Both the position numbers and the translations under genes were made by a program. This document shows, piece by piece, positions 27,111-39,694 of a DNA stretch of 64,000 bases. This DNA is from Leucoraja erinacea. Its lineage: Eukaryota. The DNA lies in the NCBI RefSeq assembly GCF_028641065.1, contig NC_073385.1, forward strand, positions 48,360,001 through 48,424,000. The letters run 5' to 3'. How positions within the stretch are numbered: the stretch's first letter is position 1; every line of letters begins with the position of its first letter. Below the pieces are notes generated by a model. The model made no database searches. It saw nothing but the letters and a program-made list of their open reading frames with translations, and was not told the DNA's origin.

Positions 27111-28531
27111 AGGTAGACAAGAATGCTGGAGGAACTCAGCGGGTGAGGCAGCATCTATGGAGAGAAGTAATAGGCGACGTTTCGGGTCGAGACCCTTCTT
27201 CAGACTGATGTCGGGGGGATGGGGGAGAAAGGAAGAGGCAGAGACAGGCTAGTGGGAGAGCTGGGAAGGGGAAGGAGGGGGAAAGCAAGGATGCTCTGAA
27301 ATTAGAGATGTCAATGCTCATACCGTTGGTGTGTAAATTACCTAAGCAAAATATGAGGTGCTGTTCCTCCAATTTGCGCTGGGCCTCACTCTGGCAATGG
27401 AGGAGGCCTATGACAGAAAGGTCAGATTCGGAATGGGAGGGGGAGTTGAAGTGCTGAGCCACCGGGAGATCAGGTTGGTTAGTGCGAACTGAGTGGAAGC
27501 GTTGGGCGAAGCGACCACCGAGCCTGCGCTTGATCTCGCTGATGTAGAGAAGTTGACAACTGGAACAGTGGATACAGTAGATGAGGTTGGAGGAGGTGCT
27601 GGTGAACCTCTGCCTCACCTGGAAAGACTGCTTGTGTCCTTGGATGGAGTCGAGGGGGGAGGTAAAGCGACAAGTGTAGCATTTCCTGCAGTTGCAAGGG
27701 AAAGTACCCAGAGAGGGGGTGGTTTGAGTGGGAAGGGACACATTGATCAGGGAGTTATGGGAGGAACGGTCTCTGCGGAAAGCAGAAAAGGGAGGAGATG
27801 GAAAGGTGTGGCCACTGGTAGGATCCCGTTGGAGGTGGCAAAAATGTTGGAGGATTATATGTTGTATGCGACGGCTGATGGGGTGGAAAGTGAAGACAAG
27901 AGGGACTCTGTCCTTGTTACGAGTAGGGGAATGGGGAGTAAGAGTGGAGCTGCAGGATATAGAGGAGACCCTGGTGAGAGTCTCGTCTATAATAGAAGAG
28001 GGGAATCCACATTCCCTGAAGAATGAGGACATCTCCGATGCCCTGGTCTGGAACACCTCATCCTGCGTGCAGATGCGGTGTAGACGGAGGAATTGGGAGT
28101 AGGGGATAGAGTCCTTACACTTTGCACTAACCAACCTGATCTCCCGGTGGCTCAGCACTTCAACTTCCCCTCCCATTCCGAATCTGACCTTTCTGTCCTG
28201 GGCCTCCTCCATTGCCAGAGTGAGGCCCAGCGCAAATTGGAGGAACAGCACCTCATATTTCTCTTAGGTAGTTTACACCCCAGCAGTATGAACATTGACT
28301 TATCTAATTTCAGAGTCTTGCTTTCTCCCTCCTTCCCCTTCCCGGCTCTCCCACTAGCCTACTGTCTCTGCCTCTTCCTTTCTCTTTTTCCCCCCCCCCC
28401 CCCCCCCGCCGACATTAGTCTGAAGAGGGGTCTCGACCCGAAACGTCACCTATTCTCGCCTCACCCGCTGAGTTCCTCCAGCATTTTTGTCTACCTTCGA
28501 TTTTTCCAGCATCTGCAGTTCTTTCTTAAAA
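27111..28531 (-). mobile_element. 5'-truncated Penelope-like element (RT C-terminus + GIY-YIG) with inverted pseudo-LTR
   Basis: CKDSIPYSQFLRLHRIC, TSSNLIYCIHC..CQLLYI.E, RKLEEQHLIF motifs; ~370-bp inverted repeat (27111-27487 vs 28123-28495); diverged 14-bp TSD attcttacaagtgc / attcttaaaaatgc. Confidence 0.92.
28420..28447 (+). ncRNA. Minimal hammerhead ribozyme core in Penelope pLTR (mirror copy on minus strand at 27176-27203)
   Basis: CTGAAGA-G-GGGTC TC GACCC-GAAAC-GTC with palindromic ACGT helix III, as known for Penelope hammerheads. Confidence 0.65.
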
Positions 28532-28629
28532 ATTCTTAAAAATGCCGTATTTTTTTTTAAAAAAGGTATGAAAGATCAAATAGATTTTCTCTCGACATTT
28601 TTCACAGCCTGAAATCTGAAATCATGGCA

Positions 28630-29075
28630 TAGGAAAGAAAGAAACTACCAACACTGTTTCTGCAACATCCTTCAAATCCACTGTGAGGGTAAGTGAACCA
28701 AAGCATCCTCTTCTGGATTATCTTCCCAGCCCTGAGATCCAAGTTATACTCAGTTGTCACATCCAGCAGGCCATGTTGCTTGCTTGTCCGACACTAGATT
28801 AAAGGAAAGCTTCAAAGCCTCGTTGAAGAAAAGCAACATCCCTACTCACTCTGAGAATCTCTGGCCCATGGCCACCTATAGTGGAGGAGTATTCGCAGTA
28901 ATACCCGAGGACCTTGGATTGATGCATCAAGAGCACCCCAAAGCCTCATGCAAGCAGTAGGAACATGACAGCTCACAAACTACCCACCTGCCCACTTTCT
29001 TGCACACAATCTAGCCCACCTGGGAAAGAGGTCACACTGGCCTAATTGGCCAGTTCAGAATGCACAAACCAGTAT
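28630..29075 (+). mobile_element. Old RTE-clade LINE 3' fragment
   Basis: AGHVA.LSDTRL..KESFKASLKK.NIP remnant. Confidence 0.55.
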
Positions 29076-29269
29076 GGACAATGCCTGAAGAACAATTCCA
29101 GCCCAAAATGTCATCTAATGATGTCCTCCAGGGAAGCTGCCTGGCCCTATCACTTTGTCTTTTTTGGGGGGAAAACTGCCTTGAGTTGCTTGCTTTGGGT
29201 TGTCATCATGGAGGGCAAAGAACATTAGAATAATATAGTTAAGAAGATCAAAGGCTCCACTGGTACTAT

Positions 29270-29480
29270 GTGTTCCCATTTTCTCATCCATTCCCTACAC
29301 ACTTAGAGCGATGTACAGAAGCCAATTAAGCTACAAACCTACACATCTTTGGCATGTGGAAGGAGACCGGAGCACCCGGAGGAAACCCACATGGTGTTGT
29401 GGAGCAAGTACAAATTCCTCACAGACAGCATCCGAGGTCAGAATCGAACCCATGTCTCTGGTGCAGCTCAATCAACTGCA
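29270..29480 (-). mobile_element. V-SINE fragment
   Basis: Similar to 13041-13333. Confidence 0.7.
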
Positions 29481-30949
29481 CAACTATTTTGTTGAGATCC
29501 TTGTATTATCAAATCCTGGAGACCAGGTCTGTAAACAACCTGTTTATAAGTGGCCATAAGTGGAAGGTAAAAATAGAGTGAAGAAATATAACGGCATGCC
29601 AATGGGCACTTACATTACTTTGTTGAGTTTCTCTGTTTTGGGATATAAAAATATAATTGTGGCATCGCTTTCATGTTTTATCAATTTTTCGTGACTGACT
29701 GGTAGATGCCTGTTTCAGTTGTATGACGACAAATGGGACATGAATTGACACTGAACATGAGGAGGCTGTGAAAGGGAGGCTTGGTTGTTCGACGTCTGAT
29801 TGATTTAAATAGCACAAATGGATGAAGGATTCAAAATGCCTTTTTCACGTGATTATTAGACGTGTTATATTGGAATGATGCAAAGCTGAGGGCATTGGTT
29901 CCCATCCTTGGTGAATGAAAGCTCTACATTCACGCTTGGCAATATATGTGCCACCCTCTTATAAGGCCTGACGATGTCACCAGTAGCTCAATTTAAGGGA
30001 GTGAGACTGAACTAGGGATTCCCAGGGACTTTCAGCAGCTGGGGCCTCTCGTGTCAAATGTGGTGTTATTCGTCTTTAATTCTTCACTGAACATCCCAAT
30101 TAAATTACATCAGCATTATCAAAGTCCCACTGACCTTTCCATAATCCTGACATTCCTCCTCTCCCCCACTCCCAACCTCCTCACCAAGGAGATCATACAC
30201 GGCAGGGTGGGTGGGAACCAGTGAGTTAAGTAATCCCACATAGCAATGTGGTTCTCAGGAAATCCATAGTCCTTATCTTATCTTGATTATTCCATGCATT
30301 TGTGCTATGTGCTTGTGGTTTAAAATCGACTCTCGGTCTTGACCACAATGTCAATTAACGGGAACATTTCTGTCAGCACAGAATTTCTAGGATCACTTTA
30401 CTCCCAATGATAAAAGACAGAACTGGAAGGTTTCTGAAAAGGTGTTGGATTTAGCAATTTAACAACAAAATTCAAACACTGCTTACAAACCCACATACAC
30501 AAGAAAATTGTAATGTTTACCTAGGCAATGCAAAATAATTTCACTTTCAGTGGACACAATCTATTACTAACATTGCACATCCAGCAGAAGGGTCCCGACC
30601 CAAAATGTCACCCATTCCTACTCTCCAGAGATGCTGCCTTTCCCGCTGACTTACTACAGCATTTTGTGTCTGTCTTTCTGGTAACACTCTTGCTTCATCT
30701 ACACTCAATTGAAATGCAGCAATTTTTACTCAAGTCTTTATTTTAGGTCAAAGGGAAACAATTTGCTTGTGCCTTAAACTGGAACAGAATGCATGCCTGA
30801 GTTTGGATTCTTATGCAGATCCGCTGAACCTACTATCGTTTTAGAAAACCTAATCTTCTGGTTTTATTAAATGCGGATAAACTCACTATTTAAGATTTCC
30901 CTGGTAAAATGTCATAAACTGCAAATTAACCGACAGTTCAAATAAACAT

Positions 30950-32330
30950 GGAAACATAAAAAAATAGGAGCAAGGGTGGGCTGTTCAGCCTCCTCCCCTT
31001 GATCCTTTAACAATAAGAAATAAATTTACTCCATTTTGAAAATATTTAGTGAGTTATCCACCGCTGCCTTCTGGGGAAGATCATTCCAAAGCTTCACCAC
31101 CCCATGGGAGAATAGATTTGTCCTGATCCTTGTTCTAAATGGCATATTGTGAGGATGTGACATCTGGTTCTGGACTCTCTAGCCACTGGGAACATTCTCT
31201 ATAATCTTAGAGGTTTCTACAAAATTCCCTTTCATTTTACTACATTCCAATTAATATGGGCCTCTTTGACCCAATCCCTCTTCACATATTAATCCTGCCA
31301 TCCCAGGATCTGGTCTTGTCACCTTTGTTTCCACCGTCCATGACAAGAACATTCATTCTTAGATGAGGAGACCAAAACTGCACATACAACAGCAGATGTG
31401 GTCTCAAGGCCATGTGGAGTTGAAGCACGGCATTCCTGCTCCTGCACACAAATTCAGTTGCAATGAACGTCAAAGTACCATTGTATTTGTTATGCTTTCT
31501 CTTGCATTTCACCTTTGTTCACCTTAGAATTCAGAAAAAAAATTGGACACCATGACAAGAACATTCATTCTTAGATGAGGAGACCAAACTGCACATAAAG
31601 ATGTGGTCCTTAAAGGCCATTATATTGTGAATACCTGGGTCCATAGATTCCATTTGAATTCACTCTTCCAGTTGCATTCATGCTCTGCACATTTTATACA
31701 TTCCACCATGGGCCTCTTCGACCCAATCCCTCTTCACATATCAATCCTGCCATCCCAGGATCTGGTCTTGTCACCTTTGTTTCCACCGTCCATGACAAGA
31801 ACATTCATTCTTAGATGAGGAGACCAAAACTGCACATACGACAGCAGATGTGGTCTCAAGGCCATGTGGAGTTGAAGCACGGCATTCCTGCTCCTGCACA
31901 CAAATTCAGTTGCAATGAACGTCAAAGTACCATTTGTATTTGTTATGCTTTCTGCACCTGAATACTTGCATTTCAGGGACTGGGTCTCATTGCACCTATT
32001 CGTTCTCCAATTTATCACCATGCAGATTACAACATATCTTTCTGTTTTTAGAAACAAAAGGTGGACCTCATATTTGTCCAAGTTATACTGCACCTGCCCT
32101 TATGTTTAATTTATCCAAATCGCATTGGAGTTCTTTGCACTCTTCTCAAAGCTCGTATTCCCTCAACTTTGTGTCACCTCAAACTTTGAAATGTTACATT
32201 TAACTTCCTCATTCAAATTACATACCAGTATATATTGTGAATACCTGGGTCAAAGCATAGATCCCTGTGGAATCCCACTAATCATTGCCTGCCATCGGGG
32301 AAAAAATAGGTATATTCCTATTTTATACTT
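30950..32330 (-). mobile_element. Old CR1 3' fragment with internal duplication
   Basis: LRPHL..YVQFWSPHLR motif present twice; tail at ~30950. Confidence 0.8.
31256..31952. repeat. ~245-bp near-identical direct repeat (31256-31500 / 31708-31952) with partial third copy at ~31550-31620
   Basis: Direct sequence comparison. Confidence 0.9.
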
Positions 32331-32409
32331 AACCCAAAGTATATCACCATTGCTTCAATGCTGTTGTATTAAGATCCTGGAATCCCCTACGTAACAGTAT
32401 TGTTGAAAA

Positions 32410-32626
32410 TAGACACAAAAAGCTGGAGTAACTCATCGGGATAGGCAGCATCTCTGGAGAGAAGGAATGGGTGATGTTTTGGGTCAAGACTGGGCAGTCC
32501 GAAGAAGGGTCTCGACCTGAAACGTCACCTAAATGTCTCCAGAGATGCTGCCTGTTCCGCTGAGTTACTCCAGCTATTTGTGTCCATCTTCGGTTTAAAC
32601 CAGCATCTGCAGTTCCTTCTTACACA
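32410..32626. mobile_element. Penelope-derived fold-back mini-element, degenerate hammerhead cores
   Basis: Inverted arms as at 17942; core reads CCGAAGA..GAAACGTC; diverged TSD-like flanks. Confidence 0.8.
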
Positions 32627-32697
32627 ATACTGTGGAAATATCTTCCTCAAAAGAACTATAACATTACAATTGTTGCTTGATGGCACGGTAACATGTA

Positions 32698-33000
32698 GGA
32701 GCGACACAGTGGTGCAGTGGTAGAGTTGCTGCCTTACAGCGCCAGAGACCCAGGTTCGATCCTAACTACGGGAGCTATCTGGACGGTGTTTGTATTTTCT
32801 TCCTGTGATCGAGTGGCTTTTCCCCGGGTGCTCCAGTTTCCTCCCATACTCCAAAGACCTACAGGTTTGTAGGTTAATTTGATCAGTAAAAATTGTAAAT
32901 TGTAAATGGTTACTGCTAGAGTCCGGATCGCTGGTTGGTGCAGATTCGGTAAGCTGAAGGGCCTGTTTCCATGATGTATCCGTAAACTAAATTAAAGTAA
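32698..33000 (+). mobile_element. tRNA-derived V-SINE (HE1-like)
   Basis: tggtgcagtggtagag (A box), ggttcgatcc (B box), CR1-type tail. Confidence 0.85.
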
Positions 33001-33434
33001 GTGATTCTGCTCCACCTACTCAAAAGCATTTGGGGAGAGGCATTCATTGCTGCGAAGCTGTTACAACTCACATTCCATGCGATCTTAATAAAAAAATGCT
33101 CCAACATGACCAGTCCAATAGTTCCTTTTAACTTTCCTTTTGACACATGATCAATGACATCACCCGCCATACCTTATCTACAATGTGTTGACATCAAGAT
33201 ACATGACATTTCCTACTCTAATTTATTGTTAAGACTATCAAGACTGTGAAACTCCAAATGATCTGAATCAACAAATTCAGCTATTTAAAATTCCATCCTG
33301 CTGCCAGTTAATCAGATTAAGTTGTTGAATTTTTCTACTGAGAACAAATGGTGATAACCCATCACAAATGCTGAAAAATGTTCCACGGTCTTTTAGTAAG
33401 GTGAGATCACAAACAGCTGTCATTCTGATAAATA

Positions 33435-33760
33435 GTTTAGTTTGGTTTAGATATACGGCATGTAAATAAGCCCTTTGGACAACTGAGTCCATGATGGCCA
33501 TCGATCGCTCATTCACAATAGTTCCATGTTATCCTACTTTTGCATCCATTTCCTACACATTAGGGGCAATTTACGGAAACTAATTAACCTACAAAGCTGC
33601 ACATCTTTGGGATGTGAGAGGAACGAGAGGCCCTAGAGGAAACCTGGGAAACTGTGAGAATGTGCAAACTGCACACAGACAGCATCCGAGGTCAGGTTCG
33701 AAACCAGGGTCTCTGGCACTGTGAGGCAGCGGCTTTACCATCTGCGCCAGTGTGCTGCCC
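33435..33760 (-). mobile_element. tRNA-derived V-SINE (HE1-like)
   Basis: Same architecture, inverted relative to the 32698 copy. Confidence 0.8.
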
Positions 33761-34354
33761 TATGGCTAGAACTATGGTGATCCATGGAATCAAAAGAGAT
33801 GCTGGTGAAAAGCAGAAACAGATGGGGCCTACATCCTGATTTATTGTATTTTAGCAATCACAGGTTCAAAGCATTATCTGATATTAAAACTGAAGTAAGT
33901 TGGTTGAACTCTGTGTAGCTTTCTGCAAATGTAGTTTGTACAGTGTGATTATCTAATGCATTTTCATTTGAAATAGCCACCAGTTAAACAACTCATCTGT
34001 CAACTTGGTTGTTGACTCATGAGTAAAACATGTGGAGAAGCTTAATTACAGATTTGAAGTGAGTGAGTATATATTAAAATGGGGCAATTTTTAAGATTGG
34101 ATTCTGAGAACAGGTTGCATGTTTTTCCAATCCTGTCAAAAACAGAAATTATTCCTTAGGATGCAATATTGCAATAAAGTCTGATTTCTTGTTGAAACAC
34201 TACATTCCACTAACACCATCAGTAACCTAAGACTATGGCTAATCAAAGAAAAAAACTCATTATGAATTGAGGTTCATATATTTTATATGGACATATAAAT
34301 TGTTCCTAGTGTGAAGAATAGTGCTCGTGTACTACTCCATAGTGTACTATCCCG

Positions 34355-35679
34355 TAGTGTACAGGCCCATAGCTTTAGCCAGCATATTGTCAAAAGTCCT
34401 AGAAAGAATTCTGCTGGATTGATTAAATGAGTTTGTTAACTCCACAAATAACCAGTTTGGTTTTAATGCTAAACATGGCACTGACTTGTGTATATATGCC
34501 CTAAAGGAGATTGTAAACAAATATAGAGGTAAAAACTCATCAATTCTTATGTGCTTTATTGATACTTCCAAAGCCTTTGATCGTGTTAATCATATAAAGT
34601 GTTTGATAAATTGAGTCAAAGAGGGGTGCCTAAATACAATGTGAGAATTGTGGCTTACTGGTATGCCCACCAGACTGCAAGTAAAATGGGGCAATAGGGT
34701 CTCAGCCCCATTTGGGGTTAGCAATGGTGTTAGACAAGGGGGAATTTTGTCCCCAGTCCTTTTTAATCTTTATTTTGATGATCTGTCCAAGTAATTGAAA
34801 GCCTGTAATACTGGGTGCATGATAGGTAATACTTTAGTGAACTTTATGGTGTGGAACAGTGCTGGTCTCCAGCATCCTTACTATATGTTCTGTGTATGGT
34901 GTGGAACATGATATCAAATATAATGCTGGTAAGAGTGTTGTTATAATCTGTAGAATCAAAGAGGATAAATGTTTAAAATGTCCTGATTTTAAATTGTCTG
35001 ACCATAATCTTAGTGTCGGTAATAAGGTAAAATATCTTGGACATTTTATTACAGAACAAATGACAGATGATGAGGATACTTATAGGCAACGACGTATGCT
35101 GAATGTACAGGCAAATATTATCTTACGTAAGTTTGGTGCGTGTACAGATGTGGTGAAGATGTCTCTGTTTAGAGCATATTGCACACCACTCTATACTGCA
35201 CCCCTGTGGTCAAACTACAGAAAGACAAGTTTACAGAGACTAAAGGTGGCTTATAATGATGCCATGAGAGCCTAGATTGTGTAGTGCTAGTGAAATGTTT
35301 GTGGCTGCAGGAGTCAGTAATTTAGAAGCTATCCTAAGAAATCACATGTATAAATTTATCTGCAGGATTAATGACTCTGAAAATGTAATTATCGTGGTCT
35401 TATCAAACATAAGGTTTAGCACTACACGCTACCAATCCCAGTTGTGTGACATTGGTATAGTTGTCACATTGTAGGACATTGATCTTTCTTTTTATTCTGG
35501 ATTTTAAATCATGTATTGTATTGTGTTTTTGTATATAATTTGTGATGGTTTTATAAGTAATTTACTAAGTTTTTATATGTATTTTATGGCATTTATATAT
35601 GCAATGTATTTTATGTAATGTCGTCTCTTGTCTGGACCTTGAGTCTGAAATAAAGTTTAATAATAATAATAATAATAAT
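34355..35679 (+). mobile_element. 5'-truncated LINE, RTEX-like, with (AAT)n tail
   Basis: YRPIALASILSKVLE, NQFGF, FIDTSKAFDRVNH, NGVRQGGILSP, KYLG, LFRAYCTPLY motifs; aataaa followed by (aat)n. Clade assignment is from memory. Confidence 0.8.
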
Positions 35680-35879
35680 TTCATTGCATCCCAATCAAAG
35701 CACTGCTGCAAACCCTGGAACAATGACTTAAATCTTGCACAGGATTTCAAGCATGATGGGGAAACCACAAACACATCATGTGATGGTGATAGACTTTTTC
35801 TCTTGCAGGCAAGAGGGCACAATGGCAAATGATTATCTGTACATTAGATAGGTGCATGATATGCACGAAATGAAGGCAT

Positions 35880-36590
35880 ATAGATTCATAATGTCTGTGC
35901 CGAACATAATGTGAAATTAATCTCCTATGCCTGCACATGATCCATATCCCTCCATTCCCTGCATATCTGTGTGCCTATCAAAAAGCCTCTTAAACGTTAT
36001 ATTTATATTTGCCTCCACCACCACCACCCTTGGCAGCATGTTCAGGCACAAACTACTCTGTGTAAGAAATCTTGCCCTGCGCATCTCGTTTAAACTTTCT
36101 TCTTCTGACCTTAAAGCCCTCTAGTCTTTGACATTTTCACCTTCAGAAAAAAGTTCTGACTGCCTATCTATGCCTCTCATAATTTCATATACTTAAAACA
36201 GGTCCCCACTCAATCTCCAATGCTCCAGAGAAAACAATCCATGATTGTCCAACCTCTCATCGCTAACAGCCTCTCTCCAGACACTATTTGGGAAATCGTC
36301 TTCTGCACTCTCTCCAAAGCTTCTTGTAATAGAGTGACTAGAATACTCGAAAAGTGGCCTAACCAGTGTTTAATTAAGCTGCAGCATGACTTCCTGAGTC
36401 TTACACTCAATGCTCTGACCGATGAAGGCAAGCATATCATAACCTTCTTTATCACTAACTACTGGTGTTGTCACTTTCAGGGAACTGAGGACTTGGATCC
36501 CTCTGTACTTCAATGCTATTAAGGGTCTTGGCACACTTGCTAGAATTAAATGCCACCTATTTCTCAGCCCATATCTGTAACAGCCCTCCT
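35880..36590 (-). mobile_element. Old CR1 3' fragment
   Basis: Similarity to the other CR1 3' ends in the window. Confidence 0.7.
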
Positions 36591-36817
36591 CCCTATCTGA
36601 AACTCCATCAACTTTGATGTAATCTGTTAACAGTGGGGGAAATGTTGTTCCTTAAACTGGTAATATGTGCTTTCATGTTTCTGCAGCTTCTGACAGACAG
36701 GAGAGGGGAGAAGAGGGAATGACCATGGTGTAAATGATCCTTGCTTATGCTAGCTGCTTTCCCAAGACAGCTTGAGGTGTAAATGAGTCGATGGAAGGGT
36801 TGGGGGGGAAGGGGGGT

Positions 36818-37665
36818 ACAAGATAGATACAAGATACAAGATAAATTTAATTGTCACGTGTGCCAGATGGCACAGTGAAATGAATTCCCATACAGCCATA
36901 CAATAAAAATAAACAGGACTCAACACACTATAGAATTCAACACAAAACATCCCCACACAGCAGAACCAAAGTTTCCCACTGTGTGGGAAGGCACCAAAGT
37001 CAGTCTCTTCCTCCACTGTTCCCCGTGGTCAGGGTCTCCCCAAGCCCTCCGCAGTTGCAGCTACGGGCGGCCCGATGTCCAGGACCGCTCGCCGGGATGA
37101 TACCAGTCCGACGTCGGGGCTGCGGGACGTCCTCAGCGGCGTGGACACCAGAGTCGGCCCCCTCCTACCGGAGTCGGCGGCTTCCAAAGTCCGCAGGCCG
37201 CGCCGGGTGGAGACTGCTGCTGGAGACCCTCTGCAAGGCGCCCCAGGACTCCTCGTTGTTGTTCAGCGCCGCCCGCGTTGGAAGCTCTCCGCACCAGAGC
37301 TCCACGATGTTGGAGCAACGGCCCAACGCTCCGGAGGTCCAAACGGCGACCCAGGTAGGCATCGCCCGCTCCGCGTTGACTCCAGCGCTGCGCCGCCGCT
37401 GTAGTAGCCCTGGTCCGGATCCCGGTCCCCGGCAGGAAAGGCCGCTCCGATCCAGCTGGTAGGCCGCGAGGTGGGGGGCGAGGACGCGACTCGGAGAAAT
37501 AGTCGCGTCCCCGCCAGGAAGAGACTGGGAAACGGTTTCCCCCTTACCCTGCCCCCCTCCCCCACATAGAAAAGTAAAAGTTTCCCCCTAAAACAGACTT
37601 TAGTCTAACTAAAAATAATAAAAAAGATGGAAATGACAGACAGGCTGTAGGTAGAGGTTGCTACC
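36818..37665 (-). mobile_element. GC-rich non-coding retroposon inserted in a Rex1-like remnant (~36607-36790 and ~37666-37900)
   Basis: Family match to 16412-17210; (TATCTTG)n tail; hairpin tgtgcca-ga-tggcaca. Confidence 0.75.
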
Positions 37666-38419
37666 AGGGGATGCAGAGGGAGAATGGCCTGTATGATGCA
37701 CTGGGCTGCATCCACAACCCTCTGCAGTTTCTCCAGGTCTTGAGAAAGGTTGTTGCCAAATCAAGTTTTGATGCATCCTCATAAGTTACATTCTACGATG
37801 TTGGTCAGAGTCGTTGAAGACAGGCCAAACTTCTTTAGTCTTCTGAGGAAGTGTGCTTTCTTGGACATAGGTTTTAATGTGGTTGGTCCAGGACAAATTA
37901 CTGGTGACATTTATGTGAGGAAAAAAATGACAAAGCGATTACAAGCTTATCCATTGACCTTATGATGCTTTGACTACTCAGTCTCACATTTAAGGCTATG
38001 GTAGTCAACATTACTGGTAAGAAATGTGTATTATTTAAAATGTGCTGCATGTACCTATGATTGATAGGAAACCAACTAATTGAATAATGTTTGAGAAAGG
38101 ACAATCTATTCTGATAAAAAGCCTGTTGGAGCCTGACTGTTATCGTGGATACAACAGGGATGACAATGCCTGAAGTCCACAATCAGTAGAGCCAGCGATG
38201 ATGAATCAAATTAGTGACAGAGGTAAAAGAAGTACAAAGACAATGCATGTCCTAGATTAGAGAATAACATTACTCACTCCAAAGGTGCCCTAATGCTTTT
38301 CCAATTAGTTTTGAAGCACAAATATATTCATCAAACTCATTACAATCGTTAATTTTTCTGTTATTTTTCTTGGGATGTGGTAAACCGTGGCAACCATACT
38401 TTTATATATTCGCCCACGG

Positions 38420-38728
38420 TTAGTTTAGGACTTTAGAGATACTGCGCAGAAACAGGCTCTATGGTTCACTGAGCCCACACTGACTAGCAATCACCCCGTA
38501 CACTAACACTATTCTAAACACTAAGGAGAATTTAACAATTTTACAGAAGCCAATTAATCTACAAACCTATACGTCTTCGGAATTTGGGAGGAAACCAGAG
38601 CACCCGGGGAAAACACACGTTGTCACAGGGAGAACAGACACCATTCAGAGAGCACCCGTAGTCAGGATCGAACCCAGGTCCCTGGCGCTGTAAGGCAGTA
38701 ATTCTACCTCTGCGCCACCGTGCTGCCC
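38420..38728 (-). mobile_element. tRNA-derived V-SINE (HE1-like)
   Basis: Minus strand begins gggcagcacggtggcgcagaggtagaattactgccttacagcgccagggacctgggttcgatcc. Confidence 0.85.
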
Positions 38729-39694
38729 CTATGTTGTCATGCAGTAATCTGCTGAGCCATTCTCATTGCCTAGATTTATCACCCAAGGTCTCCCAAAGCT
38801 TGTACTTACTAGCACTCATGAAGGATCAATCTTGCCGGTTGAAATTCCAGCATTGTAGCCCGAGTGTAGGCAGGACCTTTGATGGCACACTGAGAAAGCC
38901 CTACCCAAATTGCTTGGAAAGATTTTTCAGAGGATAAAAATAAAGCTATAAATATCAAAATATAAATAATTAAAAACAGAGGAATAAGATACAAAGAATC
39001 TATATTCCTCTGACTTACAATTGCAGCTCTGCAATACCCATTGAAATCACTGGGTTCATGATCTTACACTAAGCCTGATCTAGTAGAATCTCAGAGGTAA
39101 CACCAGCATTGCTGCTGAACCCCACTGAGTCCAGCGATAGAGCAAACGGATACATTTGGCATTTATTTGGAACTCGAGTGTTTGAAAATTCATTGGCAGT
39201 AGATCTAAGCTAGTTTCCATCTAATTATGTAAATGTCAGGAATTCCCTTGTAGATCATAGAGTAAATCTGCACGGAACCAGGCTCTTCAGCCCAACCCGT
39301 CCATGCTGACAATGATGCCCCATCTAGACTGGCCACATTTGCCTGCATTTGGCTCAAATCCCATTAAACATTTCCTATTCTCGTACCTGTCCAAATATGT
39401 TAAAATATTGTTACTGTACCTGTCTCAACCTCTTCGGGCAGCTCGTTCCATATACCCACCACCCTCTGTGTGAAAATATGATGCTCATAAGGGTGCATGA
39501 TGGTCAAAAGGGACACGGTGGGCTATAGGTTTATTTCTGCACTGCATGACCCTCTATAACTAAAACTTTCCTGTTCTGGCTTTTTAAACACAAGCTTTTC
39601 TCTTGTTCATGGGACAAAAACAAGGGATTAAATGTGAAATGCAGCAAAGATAATTCACTTTTCTTAAGAATCAACCTGGAAGTTATTGTGAAGG

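Noticed and set aside
27136-28251. 371-aa ORF as a host or novel gene
   Set aside because: It is a Penelope RT/GIY-YIG C-terminus; the first ~45 aa are antisense pLTR sequence across the inversion junction.
32698-32770. tRNA gene
   Set aside because: The tRNA-like head continues into a SINE body and CR1 tail and is multi-copy in the window.
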